64,000 nucleotides of DNA from Octopus sinensis (GCF_006345805.1 NC_043002.1:44888001-44952000), one strand, 5' to 3'. Shown: positions 26,321 through 40,535, counted from the stretch's first letter. Made by a program: numbers and translations. The notes: generated from the sequence alone by a model not told the origin.

Positions 26321-26323
<3 letters not shown>

Positions 26324-26699
26324 GAAAGAAGGTTTGAAAATGCAATTTTAAAATATGTGTATTTACCTTTTACCTTTACCGACGTATGATGCTTCTTTCC
26401 ATATTGGTTGTAAACATTTCTCCACTTGCACGTTAGGTGCCGACATAATTCTCTTTTCCTTTACATTAAAAATATATGAATAATGGTTCTCTGCCTAGCT
26501 GTGTGTAAAACATCAGTAGACAGAGTTAGGACTACATTATTCCCGACCTTCTTGCAAAGAAATATCTATTTCAGATTCCTTGGAACTGGCAGGTGTAACC
26601 TGGGCCAAATTAATAGGTTTTTCCATTGCTTTCTCATTTTTTTAATTACCAGTCAGCGCTGGGAACTCTTCACTTGATAATTCAGAATCGTTCGGCAAT

Positions 26700-29481
26700 T
26701 CTGACACTCCCATCATTATATCAAACAATATTTGTTCCATAATAATATTTTTAAAACAATCAATATTTAAAAAATTATTATTTTCGCCCATTGAAAGAAG
26801 AGAAAAATACAATTATTCATCCCTCGATAGGGGAAATATAACAGCAAAAATTCAACAAGTTTCACGATAATAATTCCAACAGCAAAATAAACTTACTTTA
26901 AGCCACAATGAAGTGAACAGGTCGACGCCAAAAAAGTGAATGTTTATGTATTGAAATAATCAATGAATTTATTTGGCACTGAATGTATAGAGAAATTTAA
27001 TTTATGGGATACACCCGTAAGCGTTTTGTGCAATAACGTAAACGGAACAGTCAAACAATTGAATGAGAATGATGAACTGAGAAAAAAAAAACGAAAGAAA
27101 TTTTACCAAAATTTTTTCGGAAAGTTTAGTCTGTTGCTTTCAAAGAAAATTCAACACCTATTTTCAGGCCCAAACAGAGCGTGCCGTTTGCGGTAGTAGA
27201 CCAGGTCAATTAAGAATTTAAAAGGTTGTAAAGCCTCAATATAATTGAAGAAATTGAGCATGCAGACTGGGCAGCACAGGCGGTCTACGTAAGAAAAATA
27301 AATAATAAGCTAAGAGTGTTCGCAGACTTCTCAATCGGATTAAACAACTGTTTACTCACACAATTATCCACAACCAAGCCCAGAAGTATTTGCTAAACTA
27401 AACGAAGAGAAAATTTTCTCGAAGTTAGACCTCTCAGAGGCGTACATTCAAATTCAGTTAGAGGAAGAATGCACATATCTACTAACAATCAACACGCACC
27501 GTAGATTGTACAAGTTCAAACAACTGCTGTTTGGAGTAAAAGTGTCACCCGCCATATTCCAACAAATAATGGATGCGATGTTCAGTGAGTGCGACTTTGC
27601 CATCGCGTACCTCGATGGATGTTGATAAAGAGCGAGTCTCGGGTGCAACAGGTCGAACACATAAAGGAAGTATTCGAGAGAATAAGTGAATACAGGCTAA
27701 AATAAGTGAATACAGGCTAAAATTAACAGAAAAAATGAGAATATTTGACGGAAAAAATAAAATATCTATGTCAAGTAATCGACGATAGTGGACGCAGAGC
27801 GGACCAATCAAGGGTAACGACAATACGGAATATACCGCGCTCTGGCGAATGTGACAATGCTACAAACATTCCTAAGCTTGGTAAAGTATTATCAAATGTA
27901 TATCCTAAATATATATAAGGTAAAGGCACCTCTTAACGAATTACTAAAAACAAATGCCAAATGCGATTGGACAGAGAAATTCCAGAAATCATTTAACGAG
28001 TTAAAAGATGTGTTAACTTCAGACTTGTATCTTACGCATTTCAGCCCAAAGTTAGAGATGCTAGCGAGTATGGGATAGGAGCCGTGCTCCTACACAAGTA
28101 TAACGATGACAGGAGAAAGGCCATAGCTCACACATCAAGGACATAATTGCCGACGGAAAAGAACTATAGCCAGATTGAAAAAGACGTGTTGGCTATTATA
28201 TTTGGCGTGCAAAAATTCCACAAGTTCATTTGCAGAAGAGATTTTTGTTTGCAAACGGCCGGGACTGAAAATACGATGGTGAAAATACAATGGTCTCGAT
28301 TGCATATCAATTTGGCAGGCCCAGTAAATGGATATTATTACTTGATAGTAGTGGACAGCTACACGAAATGGTCTGAGGTCACGAGGTGTAAATGACCAAC
28401 CTCATATACGGTAATAAACTTCTTACACGATATAATTGTCTCTGATAACGGAACATAGTTTGTATCTTGTGAGTTTAAAAGATTCTGCGAGATGTTCGCA
28501 TTAGAACATAAAACTATAGTACCGTATCACCTTAGATCGAATGGAAGATCCGAAAGATTCGTGGACATTTTAAAGAGAGCTTTAAAGAAAGCTAATATGA
28601 AAGCCACGGATCGTGATCTAACAATTCTTAAGGGTATAAGGGTATACAGGGTAACTCTGAGCCCAAATGCGACGGAAGGATGTTCAGCAGCAGTATTAAT
28701 GTTTACTAGAAAGGTGAAACTGTTACCAGTGAAGAAAAAAATACGTGCTGGTAAAAACGTGCCAAAATTCTTATTTCAGTCATTTGACTGCGGCCATGCT
28801 GGAGCACCGCCTTTAATCGAGCAACTCGACCCCGGGACTTATTCTTTGTAAGCCCAGTACTTATTCTATCGGTCTCTTTTGCCGAACCGCTAAGTGACGG
28901 GGACGTAAACACACCAGCATCGGTTGTCAAGCAATGCTAGGGGGACAAACACAGACACACAAACACACACACATATACACACACATATATATATATATAT
29001 ACATATATACGACAGGCTTCTTTCAGTTTCCGCCTACCAAATCCACTCACAAGGCTTTGGTCGGCCCGAGGCTATAGTAGAAGACACTTGCCCAAGGTGC
29101 CACGCAGTGGGACTGAACCCGGAATCATGTTGTTGGTAAACAAGCTACTTACCACACAGCCACTCCTTCGCCTATATATGTGATAAGGTATATGTAAGAA
29201 TGTTCAAAAATAGCAAGCAATACTGGGAAAAAGGAGAAATTGTAACATACATAGGAAGAATGATGTATGGTATAAGAAGCAGAGATGGAATGGAAAGGAG
29301 ACATAGAAATCAGCTTAACAAAAGAGTCATAGAAAAGGAACCAACAAGAGTAGAAATACCGATATATTGGCTATATGAAACTTTTCAGGTTCCAACACCG
29401 CTACAGGATCGAAACCAGACGTACAAGGAAAGAAAGAACACTGAATTACTAAAAACAGACCCTAAGTAGAAAAAATATTGA

Positions 29482-29531
<50 letters not shown>

Positions 29532-29892
29532 GAGGAATTGGGGTGAATAAAAGAAATTTATTGTTAAATAAGATAACTAAAAGGGGAGATGTTGTATAGT
29601 GAAACTGTATATCCCTTCTGGTAAAAAAAATACAGCCATTATAAATAGATCAGTAGCCGGTCGTCAAGAGGGGTGGGGGTGAGAGTCGAAGAGATGAGAG
29701 TCGACAGTTTAAATCGGTGTTTTGTGGAGCTATCAGCGATAGTAAGACAGAAGTTAGTGTATTGCTATTCCGGTACGAACAGATACAACGGTATCCGATG
29801 ACTAATAAGTATTGTGGCTACTAGCGTAAAACAGCAACTACAGTACAACGGCAGTCAGACATCACGCCAGTAGAGGAACCCACTTTAGAACA
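26700..29892 (+). mobile_element. degenerate Ty3/Gypsy LTR retrotransposon (gag-RT-RNaseH-integrase remnants plus 3' LTR)
   Basis: FSKLDLSEAYIQI, LLFGVKVSPAIFQQIMD..AYLD (RT); EKNYSQIEKDVLAIIFGVQKFH (RNase H); YYLIVVDSYTKW, SDNGT, NGRSERFVDILK (integrase); PPT AAAAGGGGAGA then TGTTG..AACA LTR 29590-29892. 5' boundary approximate; no 5' LTR seen. Confidence 0.85.
28773..29172 (-). mobile_element. well-preserved SINE family A inserted into the Gypsy integrase region
   Basis: Complete head-to-tail copy including tail GGCGGTGCTCCAGCATGGCCGCAGTCAAATGACTGAAA. Confidence 0.9.
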
Positions 29893-29902
29893 ATATGCAT
29901 CA

Positions 29903-29936
<34 letters not shown>

Positions 29937-30319
29937 TATATATAAAGGAGGAATTGGGGTGAATAAAAGAAATTTATTGTTAAATAAGATAACTAAAAGG
30001 GGAGATGTTGTATAGTGAAACTGTATATCCCTTCTGGTAAAAAAAATACAGCCATTATAAATAGATCAGTAGCCGGTCGTCAAGAGGGGTGGGGGTGAGA
30101 GTCGAAGAGATGAGAGTCGACAGTTTAAATCGGTGTTTTGTGGAGCTATCAGCGATAGTAAGACAGAAGTTAGTGTATTGCTATTCCGGTACGAACAGAT
30201 ACAACGGTATCCGATGACTAATAAGTATTGTGGCTACTAGCGTAAAACAGCAACTACAGTACAACGGCAGTCAGACATCACGCCAGTAGGAGGAACCCAC
30301 TTTAGAACAATATGCATCA

Positions 30320-30322
<3 letters not shown>
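29528..30322 (+). repeat. tandem duplication (period 416 bp) of PPT + Gypsy 3' LTR + flank
   Basis: 29528-29905 is nearly identical to 29944-30322; LTRs 29590-29892 and 30006-30309; units separated by (TA)n. Confidence 0.9.
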
Positions 30323-30353
<31 letters not shown>

Positions 30354-30355
<2 letters not shown>

Positions 30356-31510
30356 TAGCATTAAAGACCCGTCGTTGCCGGGTCATAGTGCAAGTGCATG
30401 TATATATGTGTATATATATGTGTACATATTACATGTACATCTATATATATACATCTACACATAAAATACAAAATACAAAGTTATATCTTGATATCGCTAG
30501 TGATAATACTCAAAATATATAACAGACTGGAATCGTTAGCCCGTCTCTTGTAATTTCGATCAATTGTATTTTGTCCTCCCTCTTGTATAGAAGTGTGGCT
30601 ACAATCCAGCCTTCCCCTACTTCTGGGTGTGGGGGGTTATTTTTAATTTTTTCCGGGACGTCCTACGTCCCAGATATAAAGGTAAAAATAAAATATTTCC
30701 ACTTTGCAAGTTCGAGTCGAGTACTCCCTTGCACGCTCCGTTGACTCGAACTTTGCTTCTATTGTGGCGAATTTACCGCCTCTGATTAGATATATTTCAT
30801 AGTCGCACCAAGACACTTTTCGAAGGTGCTCTCCTCCATGTGTTCAAATCTTCTTTTTTCTCTACATTGTATACTTTATACACAATAGTCTTTTCTTTAA
30901 TTTAATTTTTTATTATCCATCTGGACTATTCCATTTCTGCACGCTAATTTTATTTTTAATTTATACCCATTCATGTGAAACCACTTATTCAAGTTCAAGT
31001 CATTGATGCAATTTTATACCAATTGCTATTTTTACTTTTGTATGTTACGATTATATTATACTTTAGTTCGATTTTAATTATTAATTACTACATATAATTC
31101 AATTGTTATTATTATTTTTATTGTTAAAGTGAAAATATCTGATATAAAATAGAGAAACGTTTTTGTTTCACTTTTAACACATAATACTGAAATAGTGGAG
31201 AAGATATGATATTGCTATGGGCTCGCTCTAGGCAAGAAATTGAACATTTTTTTGCCCATGAAACTACATGGACACTAAGTAAGGCATGTGTAAAATTTGA
31301 ATGAAATTGGTTGTGTAGTTCTCAAGTTTTAGGGAATCGTAGTGGAGAAGATATGTTATTGCCGTGGGCTCGCCCTAGGCAAAATGTTCAAAAGTTTTTT
31401 TGCCGATGACACTCCCCGGACCCTAAGTAAGGCATGTGTAAAATTTGAATGAAATTGGTTGTGTAGTTCTTATTTATTTAGCAGAAACAACAGACTGACA
31501 CACGGGCCGA
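30354..31510 (-). mobile_element. non-autonomous Helitron-like element with internal tandem repeat
   Basis: ACTAG plus hairpin CCCGTCGTTGCCGGG at left; about 147-bp tandem repeat at 31193-31325 / 31340-31470. Confidence 0.65.
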
Positions 31511-31669
31511 GAATCTTATCAAACTTCTCAAAATGGTAAGTAACAACGCACGTGACTCTCAGCCCTTGCGTCACTCTGTTGCTTCTGCTGAATATTAATA
31601 AAAATATGCATATACTCGTATTCTGAGTTTCTATTTTTTTCCTGTTTACATCACCACACCTGTATTGCA

Positions 31670-32060
31670 GGTGTAGCTGCGTGATAAGGAGGTTGCTTCT
31701 CGACCATATGGTTCGGGTGACTCAGTCCCACAGCGTGGATTTTGGGGCAAGTATCTTCTTTTACAGCCTCGGCTCAACCAAAGCCCTGTGTGTGGATTTG
31801 GTAGACGGAAACTGAAAGAATAACGTCGTGTGTGTGTGTGTATATATATATATGTGTGTGTGTGTATGTGTGTGTATGTGTGTGTGTGATGTGTGTATAT
31901 ATACCTATATTTATATGTGTGTGTTTCTGTGCCTGTTTTTGTCGCCCACCACCGCTTGACAACCGGTGTTGGTGTGTTTACGTTTCCGAAAAGAAAAACG
32001 ATCGAATAAGTACAAGACTTAACAAAAACATAAGTAGTGGTATCGATTTATTCGGCTAAA
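31670..32060 (+). mobile_element. SINE family A (diverged)
   Basis: Head, CCAAAGCCCTGTGTGTGGATTTGGTAGACGGAAACTGAAAGAA, internal microsatellite, GAATAAGTAC. Confidence 0.8.
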
Positions 32061-32110
32061 AATTCTGTATATCTATCTATCTATCGTTTTTGTTTGCCTC
32101 TATTAGTGTG

Positions 32111-32143
<33 letters not shown>

Positions 32144-32938
32144 TGTGTGTGTGTGTGTGTGTTGTAAGTACAAACACACCGAACAAAAGGTAATGGGCAA
32201 ACGATATATGTATGTATATACACGAGGATCAGTTAATTATGATTACATTCAACATATACCCCTGTAAGATTCACACACTTATGGCAATGGTCCTTCAGTT
32301 TTTCTAAGCCTTGTGAACGAACACGGAAGATTGGGCCTCCAACCAGGCCTTTCGTCATATCCTTAAAGCCGGGAACTATTCAGCAGTAAGAGTAAGAGTT
32401 AGAGAAAGCGCGTGGCCCAGCTGTTAATGTGTAGTTGCACTCACCTGTACAGGCAATTTCAACTTGTTGGAAGGAATGAACTAATTATCAGCACAAACCA
32501 TTGATCATTATCAATAAACCATTTGTGCAGGGTGTTATGCAAATTGTTGCGAACCCTCATTTGTCCACCGTATATAGAAGTAAAAACGATACATAAACAA
32601 AAGTAAGCATAAGAAGTGTATTTATATGGAAAGTTGTGTATACAAATACAGGAATTATGAAGATTTGATTACACAATTCATTTAGTGTTATAAGTAGCTC
32701 TCCGTATAAATTCACACCTCACACCTAATTATGTTTATCTATCTTTTTTCTTACTTTTTACTTTCATCTGTCTTTCAACGAAATCGGCCTTATTCCCTAT
32801 AAGGGTACTACCGGCTCTGGGTTTGGAATTTAAGTTTCGAATTTATCTGAACGCTACTTGGTGATTATCAATTAAAAGGTTGTTTTTGCATACTTACAAC
32901 ACACACACACATACAATAACAGAGGCAAACAAACACGA

Positions 32939-32976
<38 letters not shown>

Positions 32977-33045
32977 TACAGGCATACTGACAACCAAGCA
33001 GGCAGCCAGGCAACCAGACAGGCAAACAGACAGATAGATAGGTAA

Positions 33046-33103
<58 letters not shown>

Positions 33104-33708
33104 TGATAGCTACGTGTGTGTGTGTGTGTGTGCTAGTGTGTGTGTGTTTGTGTGTGAGTGTTTGTGTGTGTGTGTGTGCTAGTGTGTGTATGTTTGTGTG
33201 TGACTGTTTGTGTGTGTGTGTACAGTATATTCATCTTCTCTGTCATCAATTTGTTGTATACATTTTTATATACATTTTTAGGTATACATTGGCAGGCACC
33301 TGTTTAGAAATGAGCGTGTATTTGTAAGTGTGTGTATTTGTGTGTGTGTGTGTGTGTGAGTGTGTGTGTGCGTATGCGTGTGCATGTGTGCCTAGTGGGG
33401 AGCATGGATAGACACTTCACAACATTAAAAGTAGAAAACATATCAAACTTGGATGAAACACCTGAAAGCCGACACAATCCATATCCTGAATCTGTAAAAC
33501 ACTTAAATAAGGTTACACTTAATGTTCAAATCAATGTCAGATCTGAAGTGATAGAAAGATATTTTAAATTTCTGGTGCCTCAATGGCAAAAATGCTTTTG
33601 GAACTTCTTGCCATGATGTAACTGCATTCACACACATACAATCACAAATACACATACACAAACACTCAACATGCATATAGATAGACAAACAAACAGATAG
33701 ATAGATAA

Positions 33709-33747
<39 letters not shown>

Positions 33748-33758
33748 CCATAATTTTA

Positions 33759-33799
<41 letters not shown>

Positions 33800-35324
33800 A
33801 GTATGTATCCATGCATATACTCTCATATGTTTATATATACTGTGTATGTGTCTACGTATGTATGTATGTATGTATGTATGTATGCATGCATGTATGAATG
33901 TGTATATGTACATACAACAACATTCATGCACATGTAATATATAGAGCTATATATGTAGGTATATAAATGTATATGTATATGTTTGTGTGTGAATGTTTAT
34001 ATATACATGTATACATATACGTTATATATACATGTATATATATTTGCATGCATTTATGTATATGTGTTGAATGTGTCTGGTTCAAGTGTGTCTTTGTGTG
34101 TCTATTTGTATATATATCTACTGCGGTTCTTTCATCTCATTCGTGTGATTCAGCTTGCCAATAATTTTCACTCATATACAATTATGTATATAATTACGTA
34201 CTTATTTTTCTATTTTACATATAAAAATGTAATATATTACTCTATACATACATCTGAAGATATATCTATTCAAACATGAATACATACAGAAATACGTAAA
34301 TTATATTTGCCTGTAGGATAATATAACAATAGTTTAAGCTTCTATTGAAAAAGGGAAAAGAAAAACAATTCTTGTGAAACTAATTATCTACAAATTCGAT
34401 GTTTTGTTTTTCGCTTTTCTTTTCTCTTGTTTTCATTTCTTCTTTTAAGATAGGGAAGCATGCTGAAAATACCAACGATTGTTACTGCTAGCTATTGGCT
34501 CATTTGTGCTTATAGAATTGTTTCATTATTAAAATGTTTTCTGTAGTTTCATGCGAAGCTTTCACTGCACCAACAGGTGTACTTCTATTTTCTTGCAATG
34601 TCTGCAATCTTGCAGTATCTGCAGAATTGCAGTATTATTTTTGGTGGCGCAGAAAGTTTATGATATATCTAATTTCCTTTGCAGTTCGGTCTCTTTTTTT
34701 TTATCTCTGCTTTCATTATATATGTTTTCCTTTTCTATTACTGAGAATTGTTTCTGAAGAATATGTGATGCTTCTGTTGCGTTACTGAATTGAGTGTTTT
34801 TCAAAGAATGTGTACTCTCCTGCTGCCGAATTCATTCTCACCCTTGAAAACTTCGGCGAAAACAATAATTATGTCACCTTTGACATCATTTAGCCTCCAG
34901 TAGTGTCTGGTCTGGAGAATTAATACTAAACTGCTACAGCTGTTTCTGACGCCTTCAATAGAAAGTTATATAAGAAATTCCCTGCCAAACAACTCCAACA
35001 TTGTGTGAGATGCCGTGACTGACTTTATCCTCAATTACTTCAAATCTATTGCAGTCCACGGTTTAATATTGCTCATTATCTATTTCATTTTTTCTGTATG
35101 TTAAGGACTCTTAGCTTCCACCGCAAACAAAGCACAGCCTAAAACAAATAACATCAGTCTCCACTCTTCTTTAAATTAGCCTTCACAATAGTTCACATAC
35201 AACATTTTATTGCTTTTCTAAACAAAGATCTCAAAGAAGAAACATGTGTCCATGAAAACGCTTTAGAAAATTAAGGATTTAAAAGCAACTAGCAAGACAT
35301 TATCATTATTATAAACTTAAATGT

Positions 35325-35765
35325 GGCAGTGAGCTGACAAAATCGTTAGCACGCAAGGAGAAATGCTTAGCAGTATTTCGTCCGTTTTCACGTTCTGAGT
35401 TCAAATTAAGCCGAGGTCGGCTTTGTCTTTCATCCTTTCGGGGTCGATAAAATATGTTCCAGTTAAGTACTGGGATCAATATAATTGACTATCCCCTTCC
35501 TCCAAATTTCAGGCCTTGAGCCTATAGTAGAAAGGATTATTATAAACTTAGATAAGTAGCGAGCTGGCAGAATCGTTTGGACGCCAGGCGAAATAATTAG
35601 CGGTATTTCGTCCATCTTAACGTTCTGAGTTCAAATTCGGCCGAGGTCTGCTTTGCATTTCATCCTTTCGAGGGTCGATAAAATAAGTACCATTTGAGAT
35701 CAGGGGTCGATGTAATCGACTTATTCCTCTAATTTCCTGGCCTTGTGCCAAAGTTTCAAACCATT
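35325..35765 (+). mobile_element. two tandem SINE family B copies
   Basis: Two heads (35327, 35558), each followed by the conserved core. Confidence 0.85.
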
Positions 35766-35869
35766 ATTTGTAAGGTGAATCAACAAGTAAATGTATACAT
35801 GAATAAAAGAAAGAATGACAGATTTACATAGACCGTTTATAGACAATAAATATATAGAGAGAGTTTCCA

Positions 35870-37300
35870 TTTATTAACCTCTTGTTCGATTTTTGTTGAA
35901 ATTTTTAAGGGGTATGTAGGATTATGTATCCCATGTCTCGTGTACTTTTCGTCTAAATCAGTCTACATTTAAAGCGGAAATGAAGAAAAACAAGTTTATA
36001 GGGTGTTTTTTTTTTATTATGCGAGTTAACAGATATCATATAAACTACATGTAATGTGATTTACATATAGCACAATACTTAACCAGACCATTAATATATA
36101 CGTATATCTTCCACCATATAATTATATTTACAAACAATTATGTATATATTTTACAGCCTGCTTTACCATATATAACTTTAAATATTCTCTCATCAACTGA
36201 TTTTGTCAATTTCTCAACAATCTCACTTTTAATATTACTTGCAGCAGTTTTTATTGCTACCCATAGTAAATCCTTGTTTGGATATTGTTTACCATTAAAA
36301 TGTACATCTTTTTTTAATAATTGACCATAAATTGTCTGTTGGGTTTAGATCTGGAGATTGGGGGTGCCGTTTTATTATCTTAAGTTCTTTGAAACCTTTC
36401 TTAGCTAAATGGTTAATAGTGAATTTAACAGATTGTGAAGGAGCATGCTCTCTAACTTGAAACTTCGTGATGTTCCCTTGTACCAATGGAAGAAGTTGTC
36501 ATCTAGAAAGTTGCAATAATTTCCAGCATTTATTTTGACTCCATCAACAACCTTAAATGGACCTATAATGTCTCCCCCAGCCCAAAACATGAATTTCCCA
36601 CCACCCTGCTGTCTTCTTAATTTGTTGAATTTTTCCATGTAACACTCAGCCTTTTGCCTATCCATCAGGTCCATCTAATGTTGCTCGTCAATAATAATTA
36701 CATTTGTAAAGCCCACGTCACTTTTTGTGTACTTTATTTAAAGGAGACAATTTTGCGAAATTTATGACTTTGCCTATATCTTTTAGTATTGTGCAACGTT
36801 TTTTTCTTTTGTATGTTAGAAATTCCTGCTTCTTCAAAGATTTGTTTGCGGGTTGACCCACTTTTCTTGAAATTTCTCTTACCTCTATTTGTGATGTTCT
36901 TGAAACCCATTTTCTTCGTTATTCTTACACTCTCAATGTTTTGTACCTGTTTTTTATTGTTTTGTAATCTCTATTAAGCTTTTTAGAAATTACAATTGTT
37001 GTATCCCCTTCTCCCAGTAGTTTCACTATTTTATTTTCTCCTTTGATGTTATATCTCAACTTCGACACATTTCTATATTTCCTGTATCTGAAATTAAGAA
37101 AAAACATTTCAAAATTTCATATTACATTGGGGGAAAGCAGTTTCTTGATAATTTGCATAATAAAAACAAACACCCTACAAACGTGTTTTTCTTCATTTCC
37201 GCTTTAAATGTAGGCCGATTTAGACGAGAAGTACATGAGACATGGCATACATAATCCTACATATCCCGTAAAAATTTCAAGAAAAACGGACAATGGGTTT
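35870..37300 (-). mobile_element. degenerate Tc1-like DNA transposon with about 115-bp TIRs
   Basis: TIRs about 35882-35996 / 37178-37293; minus fragments KIVKLLGEG..ISKKLNRDYKTIK (HTH), RQQGGGKFMFWAG, HAPS..PQSPDLNPTDNLW (DD34E-type). Confidence 0.85.
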
Positions 37301-37353
37301 GATTTTTGTTGAGGAATGATTGATCTACATAATAAAAGAAAATCTAGTGTTTG

Positions 37354-37386
<33 letters not shown>

Positions 37387-37669
37387 GTTACTTCCATCTT
37401 CTTACTCTGTTAAAATATTTAAGAAAAATTATATTAACATGTCATGCTTGTTAAAAATTTTATATTTTGTGCAGATGAAGACAGCACTGCATTTAAATTG
37501 ATGTAATGAATGCATTACTCAATTAAATGGAGCCGCTTGAAACGGTCGTGCTGCATTACTACTTTATATCCTGTTGCTTATTTTAATTTTATATACCTTA
37601 CTTCGTGATGTGCGGATAATACCTGACTGACTTAGTGTTTCAACTTAAGAATATATATATATATATATA

Positions 37670-37795
37670 TATTATATAGAAGGAGCTTCTACAGGACTAG
37701 AACTGTTTCATTCAAGAGAAATCTTCAGGAAGCTTCCTGAAGATTTCTCTTGAATGAAACAGTTCTAGTCCTGTAGAAGCTCCTTCTATATAATA
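37670..37795. repeat. perfect spacer-less 126-bp palindrome
   Basis: Arms of 63 bp; centre AAG|CTT at 37732/37733. Confidence 0.95.
37731..37781 (+). ncRNA. type I hammerhead motif (mirror copy on minus strand at 37684-37734)
   Basis: AGCTTC | CTGAAGA 37737-43 | T TTC-TCTT-GAA T | GAAA 37756-59 | CAG-TTCTAGTC-CTG | TA | GAAGCT; the 10.1:11.1 pair is U.U (non-canonical). Confidence 0.7.
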
Positions 37796-37866
37796 ATTAA
37801 TTTTACTCTGCTATGTATTGAGTACCTTATTTACTGTGGTTAACCCCGAATCAACCCGGGACCTAC

Positions 37867-37897
<31 letters not shown>

Positions 37898-38479
37898 GAG
37901 AGAGAGAGAGAGAGGGAGAAAGAAAGAAAGAAAGAGAGAGAGAGGAAACAAACAAACAAACAAACAAAGACTTTTGAAACACAAACAAGTTTAATTCCAT
38001 AGATAGAAATTTCAGAAAGTTTACGGAAAACACAGACGACTAATAAGCGAATACTTACTGAAGTTAGATTATTAAAGACTACGAGAGTTGAACTAAATAC
38101 TCTCTATTGTGACCTTTGATATCTTTATTTATACAAGGCTTGACAAAGAGAAATATAAAAATTCATATTACGACAAAAAGTTGCACATTGCTTACAACGA
38201 TGCTGATTTGTCAGCCTTTACATGGTATTCCTACCCATTTACTCTTTTTATACCCACTCCCTTTCTATCTCTCTCCCCCTTTCTTTCTTTCTCTCTCTCT
38301 CTCTCTCTCTCTCTTAATTCATGTCTGTAGAGCGTCATCGTTACGTGTGAAGGGGAGAACAAAATAATAGAAGCGTGAAAGAGGAAAGCAACAAGTTGAG
38401 GTTGGGTTTAGTTTACACCCAGCGTCGTTCATTGCCTATTTCATCTTCATATACTAATGATAATAATTTCTAATAAAGA

Positions 38480-38660
38480 TAGAAGGCCCGAAATTTGTTG
38501 GGGGGTGCAGTTAATCAGAGCGACACAGCCGCTTAGCTAGTATATATTTTATTGATCTCAGAAGGATGAAAGGCAAAGTCGAGCTCGGCGGGATTTGAAC
38601 TCATAACGTAAAGTCGGGATAAATGTCGCTAAGCTAACGACTTTTCGAGCTGAACGCCTT
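38480..38660 (-). mobile_element. SINE family B
   Basis: GGATGAAAGGCAAAGTCGAGCTCGGCGGGATTTGAACTC. Confidence 0.75.
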
Positions 38661-39096
38661 TCATATTTTGATGATAATAGCAACAAAAATTAGAAGAATA
38701 ACAATTGAATGCCAAATGTTGTAAGACTTCAAATAAAATACTAAAGATAGCATTAATGGGAGAATTTGAGAGCACGTACTGGCAGGGAAATCGGCTATAT
38801 ACAGAATCATTAGAATTTTTTCAGTGATAGCCATAGGTTTTCCTTGTTTCTGTTATAGTTTTTGATTTTCCATATTTTTGCTTTATCAGGATACGTAATG
38901 CGATTCCAACTGAATAGTGATTCACCTGGTGCACAATACTTGTTCCCAACTGTTAGATTCTGGCCAAGTAAATCATTGTCCGTTTCATACTTGAACAGCT
39001 AAGAATATTGCAGTGCCTCAGGTTACAAGTGATTTGGTAAGATATTGTGTGTTTAATAATAGATAGATAGATAGGTAGATAGATAGATAGATAGAT

Positions 39097-39510
<414 letters not shown>

Positions 39511-40431
39511 CATAGATGATCACTGTATGTTGTCAATATTTGATGAATTTTTTTGTGGATTGCTTGTTGCTTTAAAAGTTATTGTGAAGTCTGTGGTTGA
39601 AAAAGAGGATGTTAGGGAAAGCAAAATGGTGGAAAATAGAAGGAAAGAGTTTGGGGAAGTCAACCCGCAGTTTTCACAAATACGTCAATACATGTATGCA
39701 TACACATGCAAGAAGCATGGACGTATATGAGAAGAGAGAAATCGAAGAGACATATGTGATCCCTGCCAACCGTTGCCTGCCACTCACACTATACATATCT
39801 ATACATCCACTCACACACGCACACAGACGCACACTCACACACACACACATATAGGGGTATGTATGTATATATATGTAAGTATTTATGCATATAATTGTTA
39901 ACAAGAAGAGTGGAGTGAGCAAATTGTTTTATTACATACATTAACAATTGCTTGACTGACATTCGAACTCTCAAGAGTATTTTTTACTTTTTTTATAATC
40001 AGTATTTGTGGCACAATTTCTATCAAAACTATATTCCATATCTGATATATTTGGAGTGATTACTCTTTTCGTCATTTATTAGGGTATTCTAGCATCTATG
40101 TTACGGTCATGACTGTACACACACACATACACACACATTCCATAGGTGTTTTTTCTATGTTCGACCAACTAACAGAGTTATTACCCGTGTTATCATTTAC
40201 TCACACGAATGAAATAGTTATGTATGTATAATATATGTTTGTAGGCTGTCCAACGACAGCTTAGCTGGCCGAAACTTCGAAGTCACTGTCAACAATATTC
40301 TTGCTGAAGAATAATAAATTTGTATTCCAGAAAAGTATTTAGTGGCCCATCAAATTAATGTAAAATTGACTTTTTTATAACTGAACATAAAAGCAAATAT
40401 CATATATAATATATATAATAATTATACATAT

Positions 40432-40535
40432 AGGCGCAGGAGTGGCTTTGTGGCAAGAAGTTTGCTTTCCAACCACATGGTTCCGGGTTCAGTCCCACTG
40501 AGTGACCCGTTGGGCAAGTGTCTACTACTATTGGG
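40432..40535 (+). mobile_element. SINE family A head fragment
   Basis: GGCGCAGGAGTGGCTTTGTGGCAAG..GGTTCAGTCCCACTG. Confidence 0.75.

Noticed and set aside
38810-38998. Minus-strand 62-codon open frame after a TTCTTAG acceptor (LFKYETDNDLLG...LKKF*)
   Set aside because: No recognisable domain or partner exons, and frames this long occur by chance here; would need RNA-seq or BLASTX.
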